A DNA stretch of 48,193 nucleotides. Origin: Zetaproteobacteria bacterium (lineage in GTDB: Bacteria; Bdellovibrionota_B; Oligoflexia; Oligoflexales; Bog-1112). Position numbers and translations under genes: made by a program. Below the pieces are notes generated by a model that worked only from the letters and a program-made list of their open reading frames with translations, was not told the DNA's origin and searched no databases. This document shows positions 1-9,385 of this stretch, one piece after another. Every line of letters starts with the position of its first letter. Position 1 is the first letter of the stretch. The DNA lies in NCBI GenBank assembly GCA_947445855.1, contig CANFEH010000003.1, positions 1 through 48,193 of the forward strand. The letters are read 5' to 3'.

Positions 1-57
1 GTTTGATAATTTATCTATTACTCGAGATCTTAAGTCATCACTATATGGAGCAGGCAT
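1..57 (-). CDS. IS630-family transposase, N-terminal 19 aa (partial)
   Basis: Manual translation from the ATG at 57-55 gives MPAPYSDDLRSRVIDKLSN, matching the MPxPYSxDLRxRV HTH start of IS630 transposases. Confidence 0.75.
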   Translation of the reverse strand, partial: MPAPYSDDLRSRVIDKLSN

Positions 58-110
58 AACAAATCCAAAAAATCACAACATATCAATATTATTATAAATA
101 TCAACCTATA
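1..110 (-). mobile_element. IS630-family insertion sequence, left (5') end, truncated by the window edge
   Basis: Minus strand reads TA|TAGGTTGATATTTATAAT... and then an ORF starting MPAPYSDDLRSRVIDKLSN, typical of IS630 transposase N-termini. IS630 elements insert at TA, and there is a TA at 109-110. Confidence 0.75.
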
Positions 111-165
111 TTGGAAGGGCTATACCAAGCAATATAAAGAAAATTTTAATACTTTTATAAATCAT
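106..165 (-). pseudogene. 5' stub of a secreted-protein gene interrupted by the IS630 element
   Basis: Strong SD AGGAGG upstream, then MIYKSIKIFFILLGIALPI* (signal-peptide-like). The TAG stop is supplied by the putative IS end. Confidence 0.55.
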
Positions 166-268
166 CGGACACTTCCTCCTCTATTCTCATGTCATAGAAA
201 TTCTAGCTCTATTGTAACACACGAGAAATAAATCCTAGAAAAGTTTTAGAGAGAAGAATTTTATATTT

Positions 269-1393
269 TTAAGCCACAAGTCTTCGTTCTATGCTCTCAT
301 GAATTCTTGTGACGATTTCATATTGAATAGTTCCGCTCCATTCTGCTACAGTTTCCGCTTTGATTTCTGCATCTCCTTGTTTACCAATAAGAACGACTTC
401 ATCCCCTGTCTTCACTGAAGAACAATTAGAAATATCGATGATACTCATGTTCATGCAAATACGACCAAGAAGAGCGCAAGCCTTACCTTGCACAAGCATA
501 TAAGCACCACGGTTAGAAATATGGCGAAGCAGCCCTTCGTAGTAGCCAATAGGGATGACTGCTATGGTCATTTCTTGGGTTGCTGTATACGTACAACCAT
601 ACCCAACAGGAGTTCCTTTTTTGATTTTGCGTACAGAAGCTATTTTTGTCTTCCAGGTAAGAGCTGGCTCCAAAGAAGGAAGTTCCCTTGGTTTCGTACT
701 GAGAAAAGAAAGCTTTGTGAGGTCAGAAGGCCAAAAACCATAAAGAGAAATTCCTATACGACAAAAGTCAAAACGAGCTTTTTCCATAAGTAAAGACGGA
801 GCAGAAGCTGCAGTATGACACTCAAATGAAGAACCAAAAGCTTTTTGAAAAATACTTTTTACTTCTAAAAAAGAAGAGAGTTGTTTCTCGGCATAAGATT
901 GTTTTGTCACATCTTCTACGTTGGCAAAATGCATAGAGATGCCTTGAAGAAAAGATGAAAATTTTCCTATTTTTTTTGAGTAGCTTTGAGCTTTTTCTGG
1001 GTAAAGGCCTTGTCTTGAAAGACCTGTGTCAAACTTTAGATGGATTCTTCCCTTATTTTCTAAAGAAAGCCATTCTTCAAGCAAGTCTTCTCCACCGATT
1101 GTAATTTCAAGACCAATTCTTCTTGCTGGCTCCAAATCTTCTAAAAAAGAAGGGCCAACAGAAATAATGCGGTTTTTGTAACCAAGCTCTCTTAGTCTTG
1201 CAGCTTCAAAAAAGTAGTTCACGCACAAAATAGGTGGCTCAAGAGGAGCTAAGGCTTTGTAGACGGCATCAAGTCCGTGGCCATAAGCATTTGCCTTCAA
1301 AACAGGAGCAAGCTCAGAGTCTGGGAAAATATCGCGGAGTGTTTTGTAATTATTTTGAAGCGCTTTCTTTGATATCTCGCACGAGCTCTTCAT
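269..1393 (-). CDS. alr: Alanine racemase
   Basis: PLP-lysine motif VLKANAYGHG, HLKFDTGLSRQG, VGYGCTY, GRICMN, TIQYEIV. Confidence 0.97.
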   Translation of the reverse strand: MKSSCEISKKALQNNYKTLRDIFPDSELAPVLKANAYGHGLDAVYKALAPLEPPILCVNYFFEAARLRELGYKNRIISVGPSFLEDLEPARRIGLEITIGGEDLLEEWLSLENKGRIHLKFDTGLSRQGLYPEKAQSYSKKIGKFSSFLQGISMHFANVEDVTKQSYAEKQLSSFLEVKSIFQKAFGSSFECHTAASAPSLLMEKARFDFCRIGISLYGFWPSDLTKLSFLSTKPRELPSLEPALTWKTKIASVRKIKKGTPVGYGCTYTATQEMTIAVIPIGYYEGLLRHISNRGAYMLVQGKACALLGRICMNMSIIDISNCSSVKTGDEVVLIGKQGDAEIKAETVAEWSGTIQYEIVTRIHESIERRLVA

Positions 1394-1545
1394 AAAAAGT
1401 TTCCTATTTTTGCAGGCCTAACAAAATCTAAATAACCATTTGAAATAAAAGAGCTAATCAAAAAAATAACAAGCCGCAAAAGCTTTTGTAGAAGATCTGT
1501 ACTCAAAGGGGCTATGTCTTAGTTCTAGAATAGCATGAGGATTTC

Positions 1546-1574
1546 TTGCATTCTCTTAAAGAAACTGGTATCCT
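1546..1574 (+). promoter_or_regulatory. Putative sigma70 promoter of the rpmH operon
   Basis: TTGCAT-N17-TATCCT about 150 nt upstream of rpmH. Confidence 0.45.
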
Positions 1575-1726
1575 AGCGCCTCTTTAGTATATTTGCTATC
1601 AAAAGATCTAAATTAAAAAAGCTCTGGAAGATTTTTTACCCAGAGTATAACGATGTAGCCCTTTTGGATTCTTGCTTTATAAGGATCTAAAGGGTGTAAC
1701 CTGAGTCATAAGAAGGATAGATTGCT

Positions 1727-1876
1727 GTGAAAAGAACGTTTCAGCCAAGTAATTTAAAAAGGGCAAGAAATCATGGGTTTAGAAAAAGAATGTCTAGCCC
1801 AGGTGGTAAAAACGTTATTAGGAATAGACGTCTCAAAGGTCGCAAGAGACTTACCCCAACAACTTACAAAAAATAA
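1727..1876 (+). CDS. rpmH: 50S ribosomal protein L34 (49 aa, GTG start; not in the ORF track)
   Basis: Translation [56 protein letters not shown] upstream. Canonical position before rnpA. Confidence 0.98.
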   Translation: MKRTFQPSNLKRARNHGFRKRMSSPGGKNVIRNRRLKGRKRLTPTTYKK

Positions 1877-1939
1877 AAGTTCTTACTAGAGGGACTTCAT
1901 CTCCCACGAAGAGATGTCCTTTTTAAGGACTTACGCTCC

Positions 1940-2314
1940 ATGTTGTACAAGTTTCCAAAAGAAAAAAAACTTCTCAAGTCTCGTGAGTTTAAAAATGTTT
2001 TAGACTCAGGAGCTAAGTTTATTTTACCTGAACTTATTATTTTTTCTAAACCAAGCGACTTAGAATCAAGTCGTATGGGTCTCATCGTCACAAAAAAAGT
2101 CGGAAACGCTGTTATACGCAATAAAATTAAAAGACGACTGAGAGAAGTCTTTCGTCTATGTAAAACTTTTGACGAAGGAGAGCTTCCAGCTCTTGATCTA
2201 GTTTTTATTGCACGTCAAAAAGCTGTAACAGCAAGCTACGAAAAGCTAACAAGCTCCTATGAGTTTGCTTTGAAACACGTAATAAGACGTCACAGCAAAA
2301 CAAAGAAGCTTTGA
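1940..2314 (+). CDS. rnpA: Ribonuclease P protein component
   Basis: RNR-type motif VTKKVGNAVIRNKIKRRLRE; rpmH-rnpA-yidD-yidC synteny. Confidence 0.96.
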   Translation: MLYKFPKEKKLLKSREFKNVLDSGAKFILPELIIFSKPSDLESSRMGLIVTKKVGNAVIRNKIKRRLREVFRLCKTFDEGELPALDLVFIARQKAVTASYEKLTSSYEFALKHVIRRHSKTKKL

Positions 2315-2548
2315 ATGATTCTTGCAATCCCCGGTTTTTTATTTAAACATTTTTTAAAGAGACTTATTAGACTCTATCAAATTATCCTCTCTCCCTACCT
2401 AGGATCTTGCTGTCGTTTTTATCCGAGTTGCTCAAGATACGGTATGGAAGCTTTAGAGAAATACCCCGTTATAATAGCGTTAAAAAAAATAGCTCTTAGA
2501 TTAGCTAAGTGCCACCCTTTTCACCCCGGAGGCGAAGATTTACCGTGA
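2315..2548 (+). CDS. yidD: Membrane protein insertion efficiency factor YidD
   Basis: YQIILSP..CRFYPSCSRY..RLAKCHPFHPGG signature. Confidence 0.95.
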   Translation: MILAIPGFLFKHFLKRLIRLYQIILSPYLGSCCRFYPSCSRYGMEALEKYPVIIALKKIALRLAKCHPFHPGGEDLP

Positions 2549-4197
2549 ATTTAGATAGAACTAGTGTCATTGGAATCGTTATTTGTGTTTTAGCTTATAT
2601 TGGCTACGAACAATTTTTGACTCAAAAATATCCTGATCGGTACAAGGCAAAGGAACCTATCGCACAGTCTATTGAAACAAAAGACAACTCTTCTTCTAAG
2701 AACGAAGAACATAACACTCAAGAAACACTCGCAGAAAAATCTGAAGAAAACTTAAATCACTCAGAAAAGCTTCTCTCACAAACAGAGCTCACTTTAGAGA
2801 ATGAAAGTGTTCGCTATATTCTTGATCAAAAAACAGGTGGTTTTCAATCTGTTCTCTTAAAAGATTATAAAGATGATTCGAAAGAGTCTTTTGTTAATTT
2901 AATTGATGAGCGTTTCTATTTAAAAGGAAGTGCAGACGCTCGCTTCTCTTACCCAGCAAAACCTTATAAAGCAATAAGAGTCGATGAAAAAAGCATTCGC
3001 TTTGAAAGAGAAGAAGGCACTTGGCTTGTCACTCATACCATCCGATTAGATGACAAAAGCCCTTATGGAGCTGATATTGTTTTTTCTTGGAAAAATATTT
3101 CTACTAGCTCAGAGAATCTTGTGAGCTCTGTTTTTGTAGCTGACACAATTCGTTTTACAAAAGTAAAAGGTGGTCTTGGTTTCTTACCTGGTATGCCAAC
3201 TAATAAACATAATGTCACAAGTTCAATTAATAACAGCTCAGAGTGGCAAGAAGTAGAATCTTTTTGTGAACAAGAAGACTCACAAGAACTCTTCAGTAAA
3301 AATGATGTTCAAGTTAGTTTCAATGGATTTTCGAGCCATTATTTTGCAAAGCTTCTTCTTCCTGAAACAAAAAAGAGCAATTTGTCTGTTGGAAAACTAG
3401 CAACCTCAGGACAAAAGTCTTGCTCTCTTTATGTTCGTCATCAGATGGATCAAGGGACAGTTGCTTCAGGTGAAAGTGTTTCTTTTAAATTTCGTTCTTG
3501 GTTTGGTCCAAAGTCACAAGCTGTTATGACAGCTTACGCACCAGAGCTAAAAGAAGTGATGGACCTAGGAATGTTCTCTGCTATTTCCCACATTTTTCTT
3601 CAGGTCTTAGAGTTCCTCTACGGGGTACTTGGAAACTGGGGACTTGCTATTATTGTCTTTACTGTGCTTTTAAAAACACTTCTCTACCCACTTGTGAAGA
3701 GCTCTTCGACCTCTATGTATAGAATGAAGGCTCTGCAACCACAAATGAATGCTATTAAAGAAAAATTCAAAAACGATCCGCAGCGCCAACAACAAGAAAC
3801 TCTTAAGTTCATGAGTGAACACAAGGTAAACCCTCTAAAAGGGTGTCTTCCTATCTTGCCACAATTTCCTTTGTTTATTGCTTGTTGGAGAACTCTTTCA
3901 AATTCTGTAGAATTAAGACATGCACCATTCTTTGGATGGATCAGTGATCTTTCTGCCGAAGACCCTTACTTTGTTACACCAATTCTTTTAGGGCTCCTTC
4001 TTTTCTTGCAGCAGAAATTGACACCGACGACAGGAATGGACAAAACCCAAGAAAGAATGCTGCTTCTAATGCCTGTTATGTTCAGTTTGTTTATGTTAAC
4101 ACTACCAGCAGGTATGGTTCTTTATTCTTTGACAAACTCAGTGGTATCAATTGCACAGCAGCAGTGGCTAAATCGTAAGCTTGGGAAAGCTCAGTAA
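2545..4197 (+). CDS. yidC: Membrane protein insertase YidC
   Basis: GNWGLAIIVFT, NPLKGCLPILPQFP, ELRHAPFFGWISDLS and DPYFVTP motifs. Likely start is GTG 2545, overlapping the yidD stop (GTGA). Confidence 0.96.
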   Translation: MNLDRTSVIGIVICVLAYIGYEQFLTQKYPDRYKAKEPIAQSIETKDNSSSKNEEHNTQETLAEKSEENLNHSEKLLSQTELTLENESVRYILDQKTGGFQSVLLKDYKDDSKESFVNLIDERFYLKGSADARFSYPAKPYKAIRVDEKSIRFEREEGTWLVTHTIRLDDKSPYGADIVFSWKNISTSSENLVSSVFVADTIRFTKVKGGLGFLPGMPTNKHNVTSSINNSSEWQEVESFCEQEDSQELFSKNDVQVSFNGFSSHYFAKLLLPETKKSNLSVGKLATSGQKSCSLYVRHQMDQGTVASGESVSFKFRSWFGPKSQAVMTAYAPELKEVMDLGMFSAISHIFLQVLEFLYGVLGNWGLAIIVFTVLLKTLLYPLVKSSSTSMYRMKALQPQMNAIKEKFKNDPQRQQQETLKFMSEHKVNPLKGCLPILPQFPLFIACWRTLSNSVELRHAPFFGWISDLSAEDPYFVTPILLGLLLFLQQKLTPTTGMDKTQERMLLLMPVMFSLFMLTLPAGMVLYSLTNSVVSIAQQQWLNRKLGKAQ

Positions 4198-4238
4198 TTA
4201 GACAAAATTTTACCTGCTAGTCGGACAGAAGGAAATCT

Positions 4239-4961
4239 ATGCACGTTGAAATTACGGACAAATCTTTAGAATTAGCTCTCGTCCAAGCGTCAGGTCGACT
4301 GGGAGTTGCTCACAGTAATATTGATTACAAGATTATTTCAGAGAAGAAAAAATTATGGGGCCTCCTTGGAACCACTGTAACAATTGAGGCATGGACAAAA
4401 AGCAAAGAAAGACACCCAAGAAGACCAGAACACAAAAAAACAGAAACAAAAGCTGAAAAGCTCCCAGCTATTGAACCAAAAGTTCTTTCTAAGCTACACA
4501 ATTTTTGTGAAGAAATTTGCTCCATGATGGCAGGGGAACCTGTAAAAATTCAGATTAAAAAAACTTCGAGACATTATGCTTTTGAGTGTGAAAATGAGTA
4601 CTTGTCAGAAAAAGTAGTTAAGATGCCAAAGCTTTCAGACTCAATTGAAAGAATTCTGTTACTCGTTTTTAAAGATGAAATCGAAGACAAACATGTTCAA
4701 ATTTTTTTTGATGCAAGTGGAGCTCGTCAAAACAAAGAAAAAGAATTGATTTCTTTAGCTAGAAATTTGGCACGCAAAGTAGCAAGAACAAGAAAACCAG
4801 TGACTCTTAATTACAGACATGCCCAAGATCGTAAAATTGTACACATGGCTCTTGATTCAGATAAAAAAGTTTATACAAAATCTGTTGGCTCAGGAGCAGA
4901 CCGTAAACTTTTAATTATACCGATAAAAGGAAATGAAAGCAGACAGAGTCACCATGACTAA
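4239..4961 (+). CDS. jag: Jag/KhpB (EloR) RNA-binding protein
   Basis: Jag_N-like N-terminus, C-terminal R3H (DRKIVH..SVGSGADR), located between yidC and mnmE. Confidence 0.88.
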   Translation: MHVEITDKSLELALVQASGRLGVAHSNIDYKIISEKKKLWGLLGTTVTIEAWTKSKERHPRRPEHKKTETKAEKLPAIEPKVLSKLHNFCEEICSMMAGEPVKIQIKKTSRHYAFECENEYLSEKVVKMPKLSDSIERILLLVFKDEIEDKHVQIFFDASGARQNKEKELISLARNLARKVARTRKPVTLNYRHAQDRKIVHMALDSDKKVYTKSVGSGADRKLLIIPIKGNESRQSHHD

Positions 4962-6354
4962 TAGAGACAACAGTTTAAATCAAGAAATCTCATCCTATGA
5001 AAAAGAAGATATTGTAGCTGCTGCAACAAATATTTCTTATGGTGCTCCTATTGCTATTCTTCGCATGTCAGGAGAAGGCTCTCATGAAAAACTCTTAAAA
5101 ACCCTTAAAAAAGACACAAAAACTACTGCGAATGTTTTGAAGCGAGCTCGGTTTTTAGATTTAACGACAAGAGATCTTATCGACGATGCTATGGTCGTTT
5201 TTTTTCATGCTCCCTCTTCTTACACAGGAGAAGACTCGGCTGAACTTCATTTACACGGAAGCCCTTTTGTTGCTAGAAAAGCACTAACCAACCTGCAAAG
5301 AGCAGGCTTTCGCTTAGCAGAGCCGGGAGAGTTCACAAAGAGAGCTTACTTAAACGAGAAGCTAGACCTGATTGAGAGTGAAGGGATTAGCAATTTAATC
5401 ACAGCTTCATCTGAACAAGAGTGGTTGTCAGCAAAATATCTCCTAGAAGGAAAGTTGCAGGGAAAAATAAAAGAGCTTCACAATAATCTTCTTGAAGTGA
5501 TGGCTTTCTTAGAAGCGCAAATTGATTTCCCAGAAGAAGAAGACACCATTGCAATTAGTCGAAGTATACTAAAAGAAAAAGCCAAAAAAGTTTTTGAAAC
5601 CATTCAGTCCCTTATCACTTCTTATGAGAACGGAAAAATTACATCAGAAGGTCTAAAAGTAGGTCTTATTGGCCCCCCGAATGCAGGCAAATCAAGCCTC
5701 ATGAATGCACTCCTTGAAAAAGATAGAGCAATTGTAACTGACACTCCAGGCACAACAAGAGACTATTTGGAAGAAAGATGTCTTTTAAAAGGACGTCTGA
5801 TTTCTCTTGTCGATACAGCTGGACTTCGAGAAACAGAAGATATAATAGAAAAAAAAGGTGTTCTCAAAGCAAAAGAGATCGCTCAAAATGTCGATCTTAT
5901 TTTATTTCTCTTTCCTCTTGACCAAGATGAGTCGACTTTTAAATATTTTGAAGAGAGTATTAAAGAATTAAAAAAAACTTCTCATCTAACACTTTTTACA
6001 AAATCTGATTTGACAGAAAAAAGTTTTTTTCAAAAAAAAGAAGGTCTTTTTATATCTGCAAAAACAAAAGAAAATTTAGATCTCCTTCAGGATAAAATCA
6101 TTGAAAAAATTGACTATCACACAAATGCTTTTAAGAACAGTGTCTCGATCACTTCAACAAGGCACCTATCTCTTTTAGAGGAAGCCAGCAATAAACTTGA
6201 AACTTTTCTTCTTCACTTCGAAACACCTCATTACGAAGAAATCTTAGCTTTTGAGCTGAGAGAAATAAACGATACTTTGTCTAGAATTATTGGCTCTATT
6301 CACACAGAAGATCTTCTTGAAGAAATTTTTTCTCGTTTCTGTATTGGAAAATAG
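4933..6354 (+). CDS. mnmE: tRNA modification GTPase MnmE (TrmE)
   Basis: SYTGEDSAELHLHG, GPPNAGKSS, PGTTRD, DTAGLR and C-terminal FSRFCIGK. True start may be ATG 4954. Confidence 0.97.
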   Translation: MKADRVTMTNRDNSLNQEISSYEKEDIVAAATNISYGAPIAILRMSGEGSHEKLLKTLKKDTKTTANVLKRARFLDLTTRDLIDDAMVVFFHAPSSYTGEDSAELHLHGSPFVARKALTNLQRAGFRLAEPGEFTKRAYLNEKLDLIESEGISNLITASSEQEWLSAKYLLEGKLQGKIKELHNNLLEVMAFLEAQIDFPEEEDTIAISRSILKEKAKKVFETIQSLITSYENGKITSEGLKVGLIGPPNAGKSSLMNALLEKDRAIVTDTPGTTRDYLEERCLLKGRLISLVDTAGLRETEDIIEKKGVLKAKEIAQNVDLILFLFPLDQDESTFKYFEESIKELKKTSHLTLFTKSDLTEKSFFQKKEGLFISAKTKENLDLLQDKIIEKIDYHTNAFKNSVSITSTRHLSLLEEASNKLETFLLHFETPHYEEILAFELREINDTLSRIIGSIHTEDLLEEIFSRFCIGK

Positions 6355-6358
6355 TTTT

Positions 6359-7150
6359 CTAAAAAAAACAGAACGGACGAAGAGCTTCGATATTGTGCGT
6401 TCTGATGATCTTAGCCCCTAGAAAAGTAAGGGCAATTTCTAAAGTTTTTGAAGGCAAGTCCCTTTCTACTGGGCTAGTAATCCCCAAAGCTCTTCCTAAA
6501 AAAGACTTTCTAGAAACACCGATAGCTATTTGATAGTCTTTTGAAAAATTCTTTACTTCATTCATAAGAGACAAGTTAGCCCGGTCTGTTTTTCCAAACC
6601 CAATTCCAGGGTCAAAGTAGATAGACTCTCTTTTGAAACCAGAAGCGAGAAGTCTTTTTTGATAACTCTCAAAAAAAGTATAAACTTCCATAAGAGCTTC
6701 TTCCTCATCAAGAGGGTTGTCTTGCATATTTTTGGGTTTTTTATAAATATGCATAGCCATGTATTCCACGCCTCTTTTTGCAATGGCTTCGAGCAAGTCA
6801 TCTGAGAGAGTTTCTTCAACCACATGATTAATCATATGAATATTGTGATCTAGAAGCCTGCGCATGATTTCTGCTTTTTTTGTATCAACACTTATTTTAA
6901 CAGAGCTCAAATTTCTTTTTTCTATCTCAGAAAGAACAGGCTCCAAACGAGCCCACTCTTCTTCTACACTCACAGAAAGAGCCTTAGGACGTGTTGACTC
7001 AGCCCCAAGATCAATATAGTGAGCACCCATTTCAATCAGATGATCTACTTGCTTCAAAGCATCTTCTACTTTGCAAAAAAGACCACCATCAGAAAAAGAA
7101 TCTGTTGTCAGATTGAGAACACCCATAATAGAAAACTTTGGCAAAGACAT
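6359..7150 (-). CDS. folP: Dihydropteroate synthase
   Basis: MGVLNLTTDSFSDGG, GAESTRP, DPGIGFGK, GVSRKSF; downstream of ftsH. Confidence 0.96.
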   Translation of the reverse strand: MSLPKFSIMGVLNLTTDSFSDGGLFCKVEDALKQVDHLIEMGAHYIDLGAESTRPKALSVSVEEEWARLEPVLSEIEKRNLSSVKISVDTKKAEIMRRLLDHNIHMINHVVEETLSDDLLEAIAKRGVEYMAMHIYKKPKNMQDNPLDEEEALMEVYTFFESYQKRLLASGFKRESIYFDPGIGFGKTDRANLSLMNEVKNFSKDYQIAIGVSRKSFLGRALGITSPVERDLPSKTLEIALTFLGAKIIRTHNIEALRPFCFF

Positions 7151-7191
7151 AAAAAAACTCCCTGATTTCTTTTGAGAAATTAAGGGAGTTT
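7151..7191 (-). terminator. Intrinsic terminator-like hairpin between ftsH and folP, overlapping the folP RBS
   Basis: Minus strand AAACTCCCTTAATTTCTC-AAA-AGAAATCAGGGAG followed by T7 and the folP ATG. Confidence 0.55.
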
Positions 7192-7213
7192 ATGGCACAT
7201 TTAACAATTCGTG

Positions 7214-9169
7214 TTAAGTAGTTTCTAACTCAGCGTTGACAGAAGACTCTTCTTCTAGAGAAGATTCTTGTGTTACTGTTTTTAGCTCACGCCATTTTTT
7301 TTGGTCTTCTTTTCTTTTCTCGTAACTTGCTATTTCTTCTTCTGTGACAATACTCTCTCCAGCTATGAGACGAGCCATCTCTGCACTATCAAGAGTTTCT
7401 TTTATGACAAGAGCTTCAGCAAGAGCGTCTAATTTATCTCTATTTTCTGTCAGAATAGTGAGTGCTTTATTATAAAGACTTGTGAGGAGATCATGAATTT
7501 CATTGTCCACAAGCTCTGCTGTCTTCTGAGAAAGAGAATCTTGAGAAGCGTAACCACGACCCATGAAGACTTCTTCATCTTTTTTACCAACAACACGCGG
7601 ACCAATAATCTCACTCATTCCCCAGAAACGAATCATTTTGTTCGCAACTTCTGTAGCTCTTTGGATATCATCGCTCGCTCCTGAAGTTCTCATATTATAC
7701 ACAAGTTCTTCAGCAGCACGTCCACCCATAGCATAAAGAATAAAACCTTCAGCGTAGGTTTTGCTCAGAGTCACACGATCTTCTTGAGGTAGCATAATAG
7801 TAACACCAAGAGCTCTACCTCGTGGGATAATAGACACTTTGTGAACAGGATCACAACTTTTTGTAAGAAGACCAATCAAAGCGTGACCAGCTTCATGATA
7901 AGCTGTTTTTCTTTTATCATCATCGCTTAGAATCATGCTCTTTCGCTCGTGACCCATCAAAATTTTATCTTTAGCAGCTTCGACATCTCGCATGAAAATT
8001 TCTGTAGCATCTCTTCTTGCTGCTATAAGAGCTGATTCATTGATAAGGTTTTCAAGATCAGCTCCCGTAAACCCAGGAGTTCCTTGAGCAATAACAGAAA
8101 GATCCACATCATCACTCAGAGGCGATTTACGACTATGCACTTCTAGAATTGATTTTCTCCCCTTTACATCAGGAGGTGGAACTTCAACACGTCTATCAAA
8201 TCGTCCTGGACGAAGAAGAGCAGGATCAAGCACATCAGATCGGTTTGTAGCAGCAATTACAATAACCCCTGCGTTAGCTTCAAAACCATCCATTTCCACA
8301 AGTAGTTGGTTAAGAGTTTGCTCTCTTTCATCATGTCCACCACCCATGCCAGCACCTCTATGACGACCAACAGCATCGATTTCATCAATAAATACAATGC
8401 AAGGAGAATTCTTTTTAGCTTGATCAAAAAGATCACGCACACGACTAGCACCAACACCTACAAACATTTCAACAAAATCAGAACCTGAAATACTAAAGAA
8501 AGGAACCCCTGCTTCCCCAGCAACACCTTTTGCAAGTATTGTCTTACCTGTTCCAGGAGGTCCGATCAAAATAACACCTTTAGGAATACGACCACCTAGT
8601 TTTGTAAACTTTCCAGGTTTTTTTAAGAATTCGATAATCTCTTGTAGCTCTTGTTTCGCTTCATCAATACCAGCAATATCTTTAAAAGTAATTTTTACTT
8701 TAGAGTTCGTGCTCATTTTTGCACGGCTCTTACCAAAAGACATAGCTTTTCCACCACCTGCTTGTAGTGAACGCATAAGAAAAAAAAGAACTCCAAGAAT
8801 AAGAAGCATAGGAAGAAGATTAACGATGATAGCCTTCATCATTCCTTCTTTCTCTGGTTCTACATAATTAAGAACAAGACCTTTACTCTCAAGATATTTT
8901 CTTGTGGCTTCATCGTTTGGAACATAAGTAGAGACTTTGCTTTTATCAGAGCGAACACCTACCAAATGATTTTCTTGAAAAGTTGCTTCCACAATACGAT
9001 CATTTTCGTTCTCTGGATTCTCCACAAAACTTCTGAATTCAGAATATTTGACTTCGGTTGTGTTTTCATAACCTATTGACATGAGATTACTTAGAATCAA
9101 CACGACAAGAACCACTGTGACGACTGCAAGCAGCATACGTGATTGACTTTGTTTATTAGGAGTCTTCAA
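7214..9169 (-). CDS. ftsH: ATP-dependent zinc metalloprotease FtsH
   Basis: Two N-terminal TMs, Walker [18 protein letters not shown], second region of homology, HEAGH zinc motif. Confidence 0.99.
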   Translation of the reverse strand: MKTPNKQSQSRMLLAVVTVVLVVLILSNLMSIGYENTTEVKYSEFRSFVENPENENDRIVEATFQENHLVGVRSDKSKVSTYVPNDEATRKYLESKGLVLNYVEPEKEGMMKAIIVNLLPMLLILGVLFFLMRSLQAGGGKAMSFGKSRAKMSTNSKVKITFKDIAGIDEAKQELQEIIEFLKKPGKFTKLGGRIPKGVILIGPPGTGKTILAKGVAGEAGVPFFSISGSDFVEMFVGVGASRVRDLFDQAKKNSPCIVFIDEIDAVGRHRGAGMGGGHDEREQTLNQLLVEMDGFEANAGVIVIAATNRSDVLDPALLRPGRFDRRVEVPPPDVKGRKSILEVHSRKSPLSDDVDLSVIAQGTPGFTGADLENLINESALIAARRDATEIFMRDVEAAKDKILMGHERKSMILSDDDKRKTAYHEAGHALIGLLTKSCDPVHKVSIIPRGRALGVTIMLPQEDRVTLSKTYAEGFILYAMGGRAAEELVYNMRTSGASDDIQRATEVANKMIRFWGMSEIIGPRVVGKKDEEVFMGRGYASQDSLSQKTAELVDNEIHDLLTSLYNKALTILTENRDKLDALAEALVIKETLDSAEMARLIAGESIVTEEEIASYEKRKEDQKKWRELKTVTQESSLEEESSVNAELETT

Positions 9170-9385
9170 AGTTTATTTCTCCTTTCTTAGGGAGGGTCTG
9201 AGGGCTATTTAGAGAGCTCTATTTGTCCAAGAGTTGTAACTATCGTGTCGGCCTATTACTAAAAAAACTATACCACTCTCTTATGCTCATGTTTCTTCTA
9301 TAACATGTAGTTATATTTCATAAATTTTTTTTTAAGACTATCAGTTAAGCTTACGAGAAGACTTCTTCTTTAACAAGCTCTGCTG

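Noticed and set aside
2509-2544. Arg-rich N-terminus (MPPFSPRRRRF) on YidC, resembling a Tat signal
   Set aside because: It is an alternate-frame read of the yidD 3' end. GTG 2545 overlapping the yidD stop is the more plausible start.
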